Positions 9,988 through 18,769 of a stretch of DNA of 64,000 nucleotides are shown here, in pieces; position 1 is the first letter of the stretch; each line of letters starts with the position of its first letter. This stretch comes from an uncultured Gemmatimonadaceae bacterium. Its GTDB lineage: Bacteria; Gemmatimonadota; Gemmatimonadetes; Gemmatimonadales; Gemmatimonadaceae. The position numbers and the translations under genes were made by a program. The DNA lies in contig CAWBOC010000002.1 in NCBI GenBank assembly GCA_963790305.1, positions 32,001 through 96,000 of the forward strand, written 5' to 3'. The notes below the pieces were generated by a model. It ran no database searches and was not told where the DNA came from. It saw only the letters and a program-made list of their open reading frames with translations.

Positions 9988-11073
9988 GGCCGCGTCAAAC
10001 AGGTGCACGCGACGTCCGTCAGCGACCAGCTGAATACGGTCGCCGACGTCCGGGAGATCGCGCGAGCGCGTCTTGGCAGTCAGCTCGTGCGTTCCCGCAC
10101 GTACGTGCACCAGGGCTTCGCCCCCGAGGGGCTCGACGAGATCGACGGTGGCGTCGAGCGCCGTCTGTTCGGTGGTCGCGGCAGCCTCGGTAGCGAGGTG
10201 TAAATGCTCCGGTCGAATGCCCAGGACGACTTCGCCGGATGCAGGTGCCTTCGCGACGAGCGACTTCGGCAGCACGATGGCTGGCGCGCCACCCTCGGCC
10301 ACGAAGCGGGGGGATCCGTTGGTCGTTAGGGTGCCCTTGAGGAACAGCATCGCCGGACTGCCGATGAAACCGGCCACGAAGCGATTCCCCGGCCGCTCAT
10401 AGAGCGCCTCGGGTGTGTCGACCTGCATCACGTGGCCTGCGCTCATGACGACGATGCGGTCGCCCATCGTCATCGCCTCGACCTGATCGTGCGTGACGTA
10501 GATCGTCGTCGCTCCGAGCCTGCGGTGCAGGGAGAGGATCTCTCGACGCATCTGCACGCGGAGCTTCGCGTCGAGATTCGAGAGCGGCTCGTCGAACAGG
10601 AAGACCGCCGGCTTGCGCACGATGGCTCGCCCCACCGCCACGCGCTGCCGCTGACCACCGGAGAGCTGCTTCGGCAACCGGTCGAGCTCAGTCGTCAGGC
10701 CGAGCACTTCCGCGGCTTCACGAACGCGCTGATCGATCTCGCTCTTCGGCATCTTGCGGAGCTTCAGAGCGAAGGCCATGTTGTCGCGCACTGACATGTG
10801 CGGGTACAGGGCGTAGTTCTGAAACACCATCGCGATGTCGCGGTCCTTCGGCGGAACGTCGTTCACTGCGCGGCCGCCGATGGAGAGCTTGCCCGCCGTG
10901 ATCGACTCCAGTCCGGCGATCATCCGCAGTGTCGTGCTCTTCCCACAGCCGGACGGTCCCACGAGCACGACGAACTCGCCATCGGCCACACTCAGATCGA
11001 CGCCGTGCACGGCCACGTGGCCTTGAGCGCCCTCGTATACTTTGCGCACGCCTTCCAGCGTCACTTGCGCCAT
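9964..11073 (-). CDS. Sugar ABC transporter ATPase (MalK/UgpC/MsmX family)
   Basis: GPSGCGKST, LSGGQRQR, FLFDEPLSNLDAKLR, YVTHDQVEAMT, C-terminal TOBE region; GGAGG RBS. Confidence 0.96.
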   Translation of the reverse strand: MAQVTLEGVRKVYEGAQGHVAVHGVDLSVADGEFVVLVGPSGCGKSTTLRMIAGLESITAGKLSIGGRAVNDVPPKDRDIAMVFQNYALYPHMSVRDNMAFALKLRKMPKSEIDQRVREAAEVLGLTTELDRLPKQLSGGQRQRVAVGRAIVRKPAVFLFDEPLSNLDAKLRVQMRREILSLHRRLGATTIYVTHDQVEAMTMGDRIVVMSAGHVMQVDTPEALYERPGNRFVAGFIGSPAMLFLKGTLTTNGSPRFVAEGGAPAIVLPKSLVAKAPASGEVVLGIRPEHLHLATEAAATTEQTALDATVDLVEPLGGEALVHVRAGTHELTAKTRSRDLPDVGDRIQLVADGRRVHLFDAASGAIVRH

Positions 11074-11090
11074 ACCGCGTCCTCCCCTCG

Positions 11091-12458
11091 ATGAACGGCA
11101 CGACTTCGCGAGACGACTTTCGCTTTCCCGACGGCTTCCTGTGGGGTGCGTCGACCTCCGCGTACCAGATCGAAGGGTCGCCGCTCGCCGATGGTGCCGG
11201 CTCGAACATTTGGCATCGATTCAGCCACACGCCCGGTCTCGTCAGGAATGACGACACTGGGGACGTCGCCTGCGATCACTATCGCCGGTGGCGAGACGAC
11301 ATCGGTCTCATGAAGGAGCTCGGTCTCGGCGCATATCGCTTCAGTATTGCGTGGAGTCGGATACTGCCTCAAGGCACGGGAGCGGTCAACACGCGCGGAC
11401 TCGATTTCTATGATCGGCTGGTGGACGGGCTCCTCGAGCAGGGCATTCAGCCCCTGGTGACGCTCTACCACTGGGACCTGCCGACCGCCCTCGATGACCG
11501 CGGCGGCTGGCTCAACCGCGACATTGGCGCATGGTTCGCCGAATACGCGAGCGTCGTCTTTCGCAAGCTCGATGGGCGTGTGAAGAAGTGGGTGACGCTC
11601 AACGAGCCATGGGTCGTGACCGACGGTGGATATCTCTTTGGCGTGCTCGCGCCCGGACACAAGAACCTCTATGAAGCACCCCTCGCCACTCACAACACGC
11701 TCCGTGCCCACGCGCTCGGCGTCCAGGCATACCGGGCCGAGGGAAAGCACGAGATCGGCCTGGTGGTGAACCTCGAGCCCAAGTATCCGGCGTCGGACAC
11801 CCCGCGCGACCTCGCCGCGACGGCGCGCGCCGACGCGTACATGAATCGCCAGTACCTCGATCCCCCCCTGCTCGGGACGTATCCTGAAGAGCTGCGAGAC
11901 GTCTTCGGCGACGCGTGGCCGGACTTCTCAGCCGACGACATGCGTCTGTTGAAGCAGCCGATCGATTTTCTCGGTATCAACTATTACACCCGCTCGGTGA
12001 CGCGCGACGATCCGGCGGCGCTGCCCGTGCGCGCGAGCCGCGTGCGTCAGTCGCGCCACGTGCACACGGAGCTCGATTGGGAGGTGTGGCCCGACGCGCT
12101 GATGGACGTGCTGCTCTGGGTGACGAAGCGCTATGGCCGCATTCCACTCTACGTGACCGAGAACGGCTCGGCGTTCTACGACCCGCCGTCGAGTGAAGAC
12201 CTGGCCGATGATCCTCTCCGTACCTGGTATCTGCGAAACCACCTGCGCGCGGTGCATCGCGCCATGCAGCAGGGCGCCGACATGCGCGGCTACTTCGCCT
12301 GGTCGCTGCTCGACAACTTCGAATGGAGCCAAGGGTACTCGAAGCGATTCGGTCTCGTGCACGTCGATTATGCGACGCAGAAGCGCACGGTGAAGGGGAG
12401 CGGGCGGTTCTATTCCGAGGTCATTCGGACGAATGGAGCTTGTCTGGCTGGTCGATAG
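11091..12458 (+). CDS. Beta-glucosidase, glycoside hydrolase family 1
   Basis: FPDGFLWGASTSAYQIEG, YRFSIAWSRI, TLNEP acid/base, VTENG nucleophile, WSLLDNFEW. Confidence 0.96.
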   Translation: MNGTTSRDDFRFPDGFLWGASTSAYQIEGSPLADGAGSNIWHRFSHTPGLVRNDDTGDVACDHYRRWRDDIGLMKELGLGAYRFSIAWSRILPQGTGAVNTRGLDFYDRLVDGLLEQGIQPLVTLYHWDLPTALDDRGGWLNRDIGAWFAEYASVVFRKLDGRVKKWVTLNEPWVVTDGGYLFGVLAPGHKNLYEAPLATHNTLRAHALGVQAYRAEGKHEIGLVVNLEPKYPASDTPRDLAATARADAYMNRQYLDPPLLGTYPEELRDVFGDAWPDFSADDMRLLKQPIDFLGINYYTRSVTRDDPAALPVRASRVRQSRHVHTELDWEVWPDALMDVLLWVTKRYGRIPLYVTENGSAFYDPPSSEDLADDPLRTWYLRNHLRAVHRAMQQGADMRGYFAWSLLDNFEWSQGYSKRFGLVHVDYATQKRTVKGSGRFYSEVIRTNGACLAGR

Positions 12459-12484
12459 TCTTGGTTATAGCGGCAAAATCATTA

Positions 12485-12687
12485 CTGGCATCCAGGTTCA
12501 AAGGGGGACGCGGATTTCGCGGATTCAGCGGATCAGGCGGATGGCTCCTGGCGCCTAGAACTCTCCTCGCGCAGGAAAAAACACTGCTTTTTGCTCCTGT
12601 AGGGGAGGGATCACGGCACAAAGGAGCGATCCGCCTGATCCGCTGAATCCGCGTAATCCGCGTCCCAACTTTGAACCTGGATGGCAG
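12485..12687. mobile_element. ~203-bp non-coding hairpin element, copy 1 (MITE/REPIN-like)
   Basis: Termini CTGGCATCCAGGTTCAAAG ... CTTTGAACCTGGATGGCAG, internal 9-nt CGGAT tandem units in inverted arms; second copy at 39622-39827. Mobility is inferred from the dispersed copies. Confidence 0.8.
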
Positions 12688-12698
12688 CCCAAAGCAGT

Positions 12699-15600
12699 TC
12701 AGTACTCGAACCGAACCTCACGAGCCGGCGCCAGCAGCACCAGATCACCGCTCGCATCCGGGCTCGCTGGTCGCCCGTCGACAGCAATCCGTCGCGCCGG
12801 TAGATCGCTCGGATTACGCACGACGATCCCTGCGGCCGGCATGCGGAATCCGGGGTCAAACGAAAAGACAATCGTATCGCCAACCGCGCGCGCATGATAT
12901 CCGACGCGGCCGAACCGCGTCGGCAGTGCGCGTACCCGCACGCCATCCCCCTCGCGAAGCCACTCGTCCTTTATTCCAGCACCAATGACCAGGATGCCTC
13001 CTGTCTCCTGCTCGTCCTCATAGGCGAAGAGATCGAGCACCGAGCGAATGAAGTCCGACGCCACCCAGCCATGTGGCAGATCGCCGAAGAAGCGCGGAAT
13101 GCGGGGATCGCGCCACACGACCTCGGGCCACTGATTCCACTCACGGGGGCGTGCGTCCTTGAACAGCCAGTCGAGCACTTCGAGTGCGCGGTCGCGCCAC
13201 CCGAGCCTCACGAGTGAACCGGGGACGCGAAATTCGTACGGGGTGTACGCCTCCCAGGTCTGCGGACCATCGCGCCGCTTGACGAACTCCTCGTAGTATC
13301 GGGCGAAGGTTCGCTCGACCGCCGCGCGCGGCAGGCGGTGCAGCTCGCCACCGGGCGCCAGGCCCACCGTCGTCGAGGTCGCGTCGAAGTCGCCGAGGTC
13401 GGCGGCACCGGGGATATAGTCGATGTTGTGCACGCGCATCGACGCCTCGATCGACGCGATGAGATCGACGCGGAACGTGTCGCTCAGCGCGCCAATGCGT
13501 CGTGCCTCATCGAGCTCGCCGAGCGTCGCCGCCAGCTCCGCGGCGTCCTTGAGGCCGCGCAACGCGAAAAAGTCGTCCCAGTACGAGTGCATCGGCTTCG
13601 CCGAGTACCCCTCGTGACTGATGGACGGGGGAAGAATGCCGCGGAAATGGCGTTTGTCCGGCGCGTCGTATTCAGGCGTCAACCGCTGCCGCCGCAACGT
13701 GTCGATGTAGCCTACGGCGTCGACGATCCTCGGCCAATTCGTCCGCGCGATGCTCGTGTCTCCCGTGAGGCGCACGTACTCGGCGATGAGATAGATCAGC
13801 TGGCCATGGCTGTCGTGCTCGGGCACCGGGTCAGCGCCGCGGTGATCGACGCAGCAGGGCACCTTGCCGTTGTCGTATTGGAAGGGCGCGTACCATTCGA
13901 TGAACTCACGCACTTCGCGCGTGCCGCCAATGCGTAGCAATGCGGCTGACGTCAGCGCCCCGTCGCGAATCCACGACCGCTCGTACGACCGCGATCCTGG
14001 CTGAATCCTCGGCCCATCGCGATTGAGGAGAATGTGCGCGAGCGAGCTTCGCATCGCGCGAATGATCGGGGCGCCCGAGGCGGGGAGCACGATCGGGATC
14101 GCGTCGAGCCGCGCCTGCCACTGCCGCCTGGTGACGTTGAAGCTCGCGTTGGCCTCGGCGCCCGTGCGCGGCGCCAGGGCGCGGGCCCGCCGTGACGGGA
14201 GCGCGATCCAGACATCGCGGTGCGAACGGGCGGGGATCGCCAGCGGAAAGGAGAGCGCACCGCTGGCGAACCCAAGGGAATCGCTGACGGTTGCTGCTGC
14301 CGGCAGGCGACCGGTCCGCAGATGATCGACAATGTCTCCGGCGTCGAGCGTCGTCGCACCGAAGGCGCTAGGTGCCTGCAGCGGCACCACGTGCGCGGTG
14401 TCGTTCACGTGCACGCGCCCGCTACGCCACACGATCGAGCGAATGGGTGAGAATCCGCCGGTCGTGTTGAGGAACTGCCACGCCGAGTTGACCTGGAAGG
14501 GGCGAACAGCGACGTAGAGCGTGGGACGCGCGGCTGAGTCCGAGGTGTTCGACACGCGATAGCGCGCGAGCACCGTCGCTGCCCCCGCGCGCCCCATCGC
14601 GAACGATGTTACGTCGAGGGTGAGATTCCCTGTCCGCCACTGTACGGTCGGAATTGGAAGGTCGCCGGCCTCGAGCGACCGCGTGATCTCGACGTCGTTC
14701 CAGCTGAGGAGTTGTCCTTCGGCGCGCAGAAACGGCTCGATGGTGAAGCTGCCTTTGTCGCTCTCGAGCGCACCGTCTTCGCTGAACAGCGATTCGCGGA
14801 AGTCGCCTTCGACGCCGACGAGCGTCCAGAAGGTCTGGCGGTCCGGCCAATATCGGGGAAAGCTCCCAGCGGGCGCTTCCCGTGCGATGTCGGCGAAGAA
14901 GGCGTTGTGCGTCGCCGACCACTCCAGCGGCTTCACGCGAATCTCGCGAATGCCGACGCCGCGGCCGCGGCTCGTCGTGCGCGCGAGAACACGGAGCCAC
15001 TGGGCTTCCGACTCGGGCATGTAGAGCCAGTCTCGCCCGCCGTTGCCCCGTGTCACTCGGTGTGCCACTCGCCACGTGCGTTGATCGCTGGACGCGAGCA
15101 CCTCGTATGAGCGTGCGTAGTCGACCGAATCCCAATCGATGACGAGGCCGCCGAACTCGCGCCGGTAGCCCAGGTCGACGGTGAGCGAAGGCATCGCCGT
15201 CACGCGAGACCGCCACGCCGTGGTGCTGTCGTTGTCGACGGCGGCCGGGCCCTCGGCGGCGACGAGCGGCGGCGGAGTCGCGGGAACGGGGGGAAGGGGA
15301 ATCACCCGCAGGTCATCGATCCAGACTGAGCCTTTCCCACCGGTTCCGGCGGTGACGGCGATCTCGATACCGGCGGCGCGCTTCAGGTCCCCTCCGCCTA
15401 ACGGCCCCCACGCAAACGAGACCTGGCGTCGTTTGATCCGATACGTCGTCCAGGTGGTCGGGAACGCAAAGTCGCGCCGGTTCAGCCACCAGACGTTCTC
15501 GCCGCTGGCGTCGCTGAGCTTGAACTCGAGGTTGTTCTTCGGGACGGTGGCGCGGACGCGAAAGGTGATCTCGTAGTTTTCCGGCAGCTCGAGGTCGACA

Positions 15601-15842
15601 GCCCGCCGAGCGACGGCGTACCCACCGCCGCCGTGGAAGTCGATGTCCATCCGCATCGTACCAGCGACGGGAACGAGCTGGAGCGACACGCCGTCCGATG
15701 GAACAGCGGTCCAGGCCGCCAGCGACGAGAAGTCGTCGATGACGCGCGGCTCCTGCGCCGAAACCGGCGACGCAAGGACGGTGATCAACACCGCCTGCGC
15801 AAAGGGCACAACCAGAATTCGCAGGCTCGAATCGACTTTCAT
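12699..15842 (-). CDS. Secreted discoidin (F5/8 type C)-domain protein with C-terminal six-hairpin glycosidase-like domain
   Basis: Signal peptide; AAVDNDSTTAWRS and LTVDLG discoidin motifs; YERSWIRDG, EHDSHGQ, SYWDDFF and WPE motifs resembling (alpha/alpha)6 inverting glycosidases. Confidence 0.8.
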   Translation of the reverse strand: MKVDSSLRILVVPFAQAVLITVLASPVSAQEPRVIDDFSSLAAWTAVPSDGVSLQLVPVAGTMRMDIDFHGGGGYAVARRAVDLELPENYEITFRVRATVPKNNLEFKLSDASGENVWWLNRRDFAFPTTWTTYRIKRRQVSFAWGPLGGGDLKRAAGIEIAVTAGTGGKGSVWIDDLRVIPLPPVPATPPPLVAAEGPAAVDNDSTTAWRSRVTAMPSLTVDLGYRREFGGLVIDWDSVDYARSYEVLASSDQRTWRVAHRVTRGNGGRDWLYMPESEAQWLRVLARTTSRGRGVGIREIRVKPLEWSATHNAFFADIAREAPAGSFPRYWPDRQTFWTLVGVEGDFRESLFSEDGALESDKGSFTIEPFLRAEGQLLSWNDVEITRSLEAGDLPIPTVQWRTGNLTLDVTSFAMGRAGAATVLARYRVSNTSDSAARPTLYVAVRPFQVNSAWQFLNTTGGFSPIRSIVWRSGRVHVNDTAHVVPLQAPSAFGATTLDAGDIVDHLRTGRLPAAATVSDSLGFASGALSFPLAIPARSHRDVWIALPSRRARALAPRTGAEANASFNVTRRQWQARLDAIPIVLPASGAPIIRAMRSSLAHILLNRDGPRIQPGSRSYERSWIRDGALTSAALLRIGGTREVREFIEWYAPFQYDNGKVPCCVDHRGADPVPEHDSHGQLIYLIAEYVRLTGDTSIARTNWPRIVDAVGYIDTLRRQRLTPEYDAPDKRHFRGILPPSISHEGYSAKPMHSYWDDFFALRGLKDAAELAATLGELDEARRIGALSDTFRVDLIASIEASMRVHNIDYIPGAADLGDFDATSTTVGLAPGGELHRLPRAAVERTFARYYEEFVKRRDGPQTWEAYTPYEFRVPGSLVRLGWRDRALEVLDWLFKDARPREWNQWPEVVWRDPRIPRFFGDLPHGWVASDFIRSVLDLFAYEDEQETGGILVIGAGIKDEWLREGDGVRVRALPTRFGRVGYHARAVGDTIVFSFDPGFRMPAAGIVVRNPSDLPARRIAVDGRPASPDASGDLVLLAPAREVRFEY

Positions 15843-15975
15843 GTCATTCCCTCGCCGTGTTACCGAGACGGTATCATGCTTTGCGCGTTGGGGAAAGGCT
15901 GTTTACGGACTCGCTTCCACGCTAGAATTGGCCGTCGAGAACCGCGTCAAACACCGGAGAGCAGTGGAGGAATGA

Positions 15976-16971
15976 ATGCTGTCGCAGCGCCGAAGAACGT
16001 TCGTGGCTTCACTCGTGTGGTCACTGATGCTGATGGGGACGCCGACCGTCGCGGCATTTGGGCAGGAGCCGGTCACCAAACCGACCACTCCGGCTCCGGG
16101 GACGGGTGACCGCCTTCCCCTCCCGCGAAATGTGAGAGCTGTTCAACAGGCTGATGGGAGGATCGTCGTCACATGGTCGCCGGTGCCCGGCGCAACCGCC
16201 TATGCGATCACGCGATCCGTGCCTCCAGATCCTGCCGCGCCAATCACGCCGAACGTGACCGATACGCTGTTCGTGGAACGCCAAGTTACCGCCGGCAAGA
16301 CCTACTACTACGTCATCTCCGGCGTGAACGACGTCGCGACGGGATTGAAGGCGGGCGCGTCGGTGAAGGCGACACGAAGCTTCGACCCGTCGGGAGCTCA
16401 GCTCACTCCCACCAACGTCGTCGCGCGATATGACTCGGCAGGCAACAGGGTCTACCTGACTTGGGTTGTGCCGGGCGATGTAAGCTTCTCCACCATTTAC
16501 CGATCCGGCGTGGAAGTCGGACGGGACTATACTCTGCCCCCAGATTTTTACATGCCTGCGCCCGCTCCAGGGACGCGAATCCAGTTTCAAGTCCGCACTC
16601 AGGATCAGTTCGGCAACGTGTCGCCCTTGGCGTCGTCCAATGAGTTGGTGATCCCGTCAACGGCCGCCCCCTCGAGCGGCGGGCCGACCGCGCCGTCGGG
16701 GCCTACCAGCACGACGGGCCCAGCGGGCACCATCGCTGTCACCATTGGAAGCGCGATCACGCTCCGGGTCGGGGGCTCCGCGTCGGCGGGATCCGCCCTC
16801 GGTGGAGCGAGCGCGAGCCGGTGGGTGTCACTCGACGAGGGCATCGCGACGGTCGACGGATCGGGAACGGTAACCGGGCGCACGTCCGGTCGGGCACGGC
16901 TGCTGGCAATGTCAGGCGCGACGGATGGGTCAGTGCGCGTGACGCTGGTTCAGGTCACGGTCTCGCCCTGA
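15976..16971 (+). CDS. Secreted protein with two fibronectin type III-like domains, Pro/Thr/Ser linker and C-terminal Ig-like (Big_2) domain
   Basis: GGAGG RBS; signal peptide; PRNVRA..VTWSPVPGATAYAI..GKTYYYVIS; second unit PTNVVA..LTW; WVSLDEGIATVDGSGTVTG. Confidence 0.8.
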   Translation: MLSQRRRTFVASLVWSLMLMGTPTVAAFGQEPVTKPTTPAPGTGDRLPLPRNVRAVQQADGRIVVTWSPVPGATAYAITRSVPPDPAAPITPNVTDTLFVERQVTAGKTYYYVISGVNDVATGLKAGASVKATRSFDPSGAQLTPTNVVARYDSAGNRVYLTWVVPGDVSFSTIYRSGVEVGRDYTLPPDFYMPAPAPGTRIQFQVRTQDQFGNVSPLASSNELVIPSTAAPSSGGPTAPSGPTSTTGPAGTIAVTIGSAITLRVGGSASAGSALGGASASRWVSLDEGIATVDGSGTVTGRTSGRARLLAMSGATDGSVRVTLVQVTVSP

Positions 16972-16975
16972 ACGG

Positions 16976-17060
16976 CGAGGTTATCAAGGTCGTCGAGGAT
17001 GTCGAGGTAATCGAGGTGAAGTCGCCTTGATCACCTCGACATCCTCGACATCCTCGATCA
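16976..17060. repeat. Imperfect palindrome of TCGAGG-containing 9-mers, copy 1
   Basis: About five CGAGGnnnT-type units followed by four CCTCGAnnn-type units; between convergent genes; same unit at 33896-34001. Confidence 0.9.
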
Positions 17061-17879
17061 CCCTTTGACACTCCCCGCCATGATCCCGCGGACATAGTAC
17101 CGCTGCAGGAAGAGGAAGACGACGAGCACGGGCATCACCGTCAGCACCGACCCGGCCATCATGAGCTCGACGTCCTGCACGTGCTCGCCTAACAGGTTCG
17201 CCAGCGCGACCGGGAGGGTGTAGCGGCGCTCATCGCTGAGCACGATCAGCGGCCACATGAAGTCGTTCCACGTCGTCAGGAACGTCCAGATCGCCAGGGT
17301 GGCGAGGATCGGCGTGATCACCGGGAGCACAACGGCGCGGAATATTCTTGCCTCGCTCGCGCCATCGATGCGCGCCGCATCGAGCAGATCGTCGGGAATC
17401 GCTGTCGCGTACTGCCGGATGAGAAAGATCGCGAAGATGCTGGCCATGCTCGGGATGATCACGCCCCAGTAGGTGTTGATCAGCCCGATCTGCTTGAAGA
17501 TGAGGAACAGCGGCAGCATCACGACCTGCACCGGCAGCATGAGGCCGGCGGCGAGCACGCGGAACGTCACGTCGCGCCCACGGAACCGGAGCTTCGCGAA
17601 CGCGTAGCCCGCCATCGCATTGATGATGAGCGATGTGCCGGTGACGGTGAACGCGACGAGGATGCTGTTGAGCAGATACCGTCCCATGTCGAGCCGGGTG
17701 AACACGGCGCGGTAGTGCTCGATCGTCGGGTCGCTCGGCACGAACTTCGGCGGCAGCGCCGTGGCCTCGCCCGTCGGCATGAACGACGCCGCCAGCATCC
17801 AGATGACCGGGATGAGCGCGAGCATCGCCCCGAGTATGAGCGCCAGGTGTAGCAGGATGCTCTGCCACCTTCTACTCAT
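17058..17879 (-). CDS. Carbohydrate ABC transporter permease (MalG-like)
   Basis: AGYAFAKLRFRG, DAARIDGA (EAA loop), WNDFMWPLI; ATG overlaps the upstream stop. Confidence 0.95.
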   Translation of the reverse strand: MSRRWQSILLHLALILGAMLALIPVIWMLAASFMPTGEATALPPKFVPSDPTIEHYRAVFTRLDMGRYLLNSILVAFTVTGTSLIINAMAGYAFAKLRFRGRDVTFRVLAAGLMLPVQVVMLPLFLIFKQIGLINTYWGVIIPSMASIFAIFLIRQYATAIPDDLLDAARIDGASEARIFRAVVLPVITPILATLAIWTFLTTWNDFMWPLIVLSDERRYTLPVALANLLGEHVQDVELMMAGSVLTVMPVLVVFLFLQRYYVRGIMAGSVKG

Positions 17880-18769
17880 GCGGCCTTCGGCTCCAGACGG
17901 CGCTGGATCAATGTCCAGATGAGGATGATGATGAACAGCACGAATGCGATGGCGGCCGCGAAGCCCATGCGCCACCAGCGGAACCCTTCTTCGTACATGA
18001 GCAGCACGAGACTGGTCGTGCTCCGCAGCGGACCGCCCTGCGTCATCACGTACGGCTCGGCGAACAGCTGGAAGTATCCGATCATGACGACGACGCCAAC
18101 GAACACCAGCGAAGGCCCGAGTTGAGGCACCGTCACGTGGATGAACCGCTTCCAGGCGCTCGCCCCATCGAGCTCCGCCGCCTCGTACAGCTCGCGCGGT
18201 ATCGCCTGAAGCCCGGCGATGAAGATCAGCATGTAGTAGCCGAAGTTCTTCCACACCGCCATGAGAATGATGGCCGGCATCGCCCACTTTGGATCGCCTA
18301 ACCAGTTCACGGGAGCGATTCCCATCGCGCCGAGCGCGTAGTTGAGGAGGCCGTACTCGGCGTGGTAGAGGTAGCGCCACACGATCGCAACGGCGACGAG
18401 CGTCGTGACGAACGGAATGAAGTAGGCCGTGCGAAAGAAGGTGCGAAAGCGCGTGAGCGGCGCGTTGACGAGGAGCGCCGCGACCAGCGCGACGAGCACG
18501 GTCAGCGGGCCGCAGCCGAGGGCGAAGTAGAAGGTGTTCTTGAGGGAGGTCCAGAAGAGCGGGTGATCGATGAGCCGCCCATAGTTGCCGAGGCCGACCA
18601 TTCGCGCATTGTCGGCGTCGGCGAGGGCGTAGATGTCGAAATCGGTGATGCTGAGCAGCAGCGCCGCGGCTGCGGGAAGAAAGAAGAAGAATCCAATGAG
18701 GAGGAGCGCCGGTGCCAGGAAGAGCCAGCCGGCTCGCGCAACCTGGCGCTCGATCGTCACCGGTCTCAC
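17876..18769 (-). CDS. Carbohydrate ABC transporter permease (MalF-like)
   Basis: FLAPALL, VGLGNY, GLQAIPRELYEAAELDGA, TQGGP; GTG start overlaps the binding-protein stop. Confidence 0.95.
   Translation of the reverse strand: MRPVTIERQVARAGWLFLAPALLLIGFFFFLPAAAALLLSITDFDIYALADADNARMVGLGNYGRLIDHPLFWTSLKNTFYFALGCGPLTVLVALVAALLVNAPLTRFRTFFRTAYFIPFVTTLVAVAIVWRYLYHAEYGLLNYALGAMGIAPVNWLGDPKWAMPAIILMAVWKNFGYYMLIFIAGLQAIPRELYEAAELDGASAWKRFIHVTVPQLGPSLVFVGVVVMIGYFQLFAEPYVMTQGGPLRSTTSLVLLMYEEGFRWWRMGFAAAIAFVLFIIILIWTLIQRRLEPKAA

Noticed and set aside
12323..12646. Small ORFs crossing the hairpin elements (also 39663-40298 and 39694-40629, with IRLIR-like peptides)
   Set aside because: The periodic peptides are by-products of the CGGAT repeats; no RBS and no conserved frame between the two copies.
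17880..18380. Extended N-termini in the ORF track for the MalG-like permease (similarly GH1, GMC, NtrC, HEAT-cyclophilin and P-loop ORFs)
   Set aside because: The extensions overlap neighbouring genes; family-like sequence begins at the downstream starts I reported.
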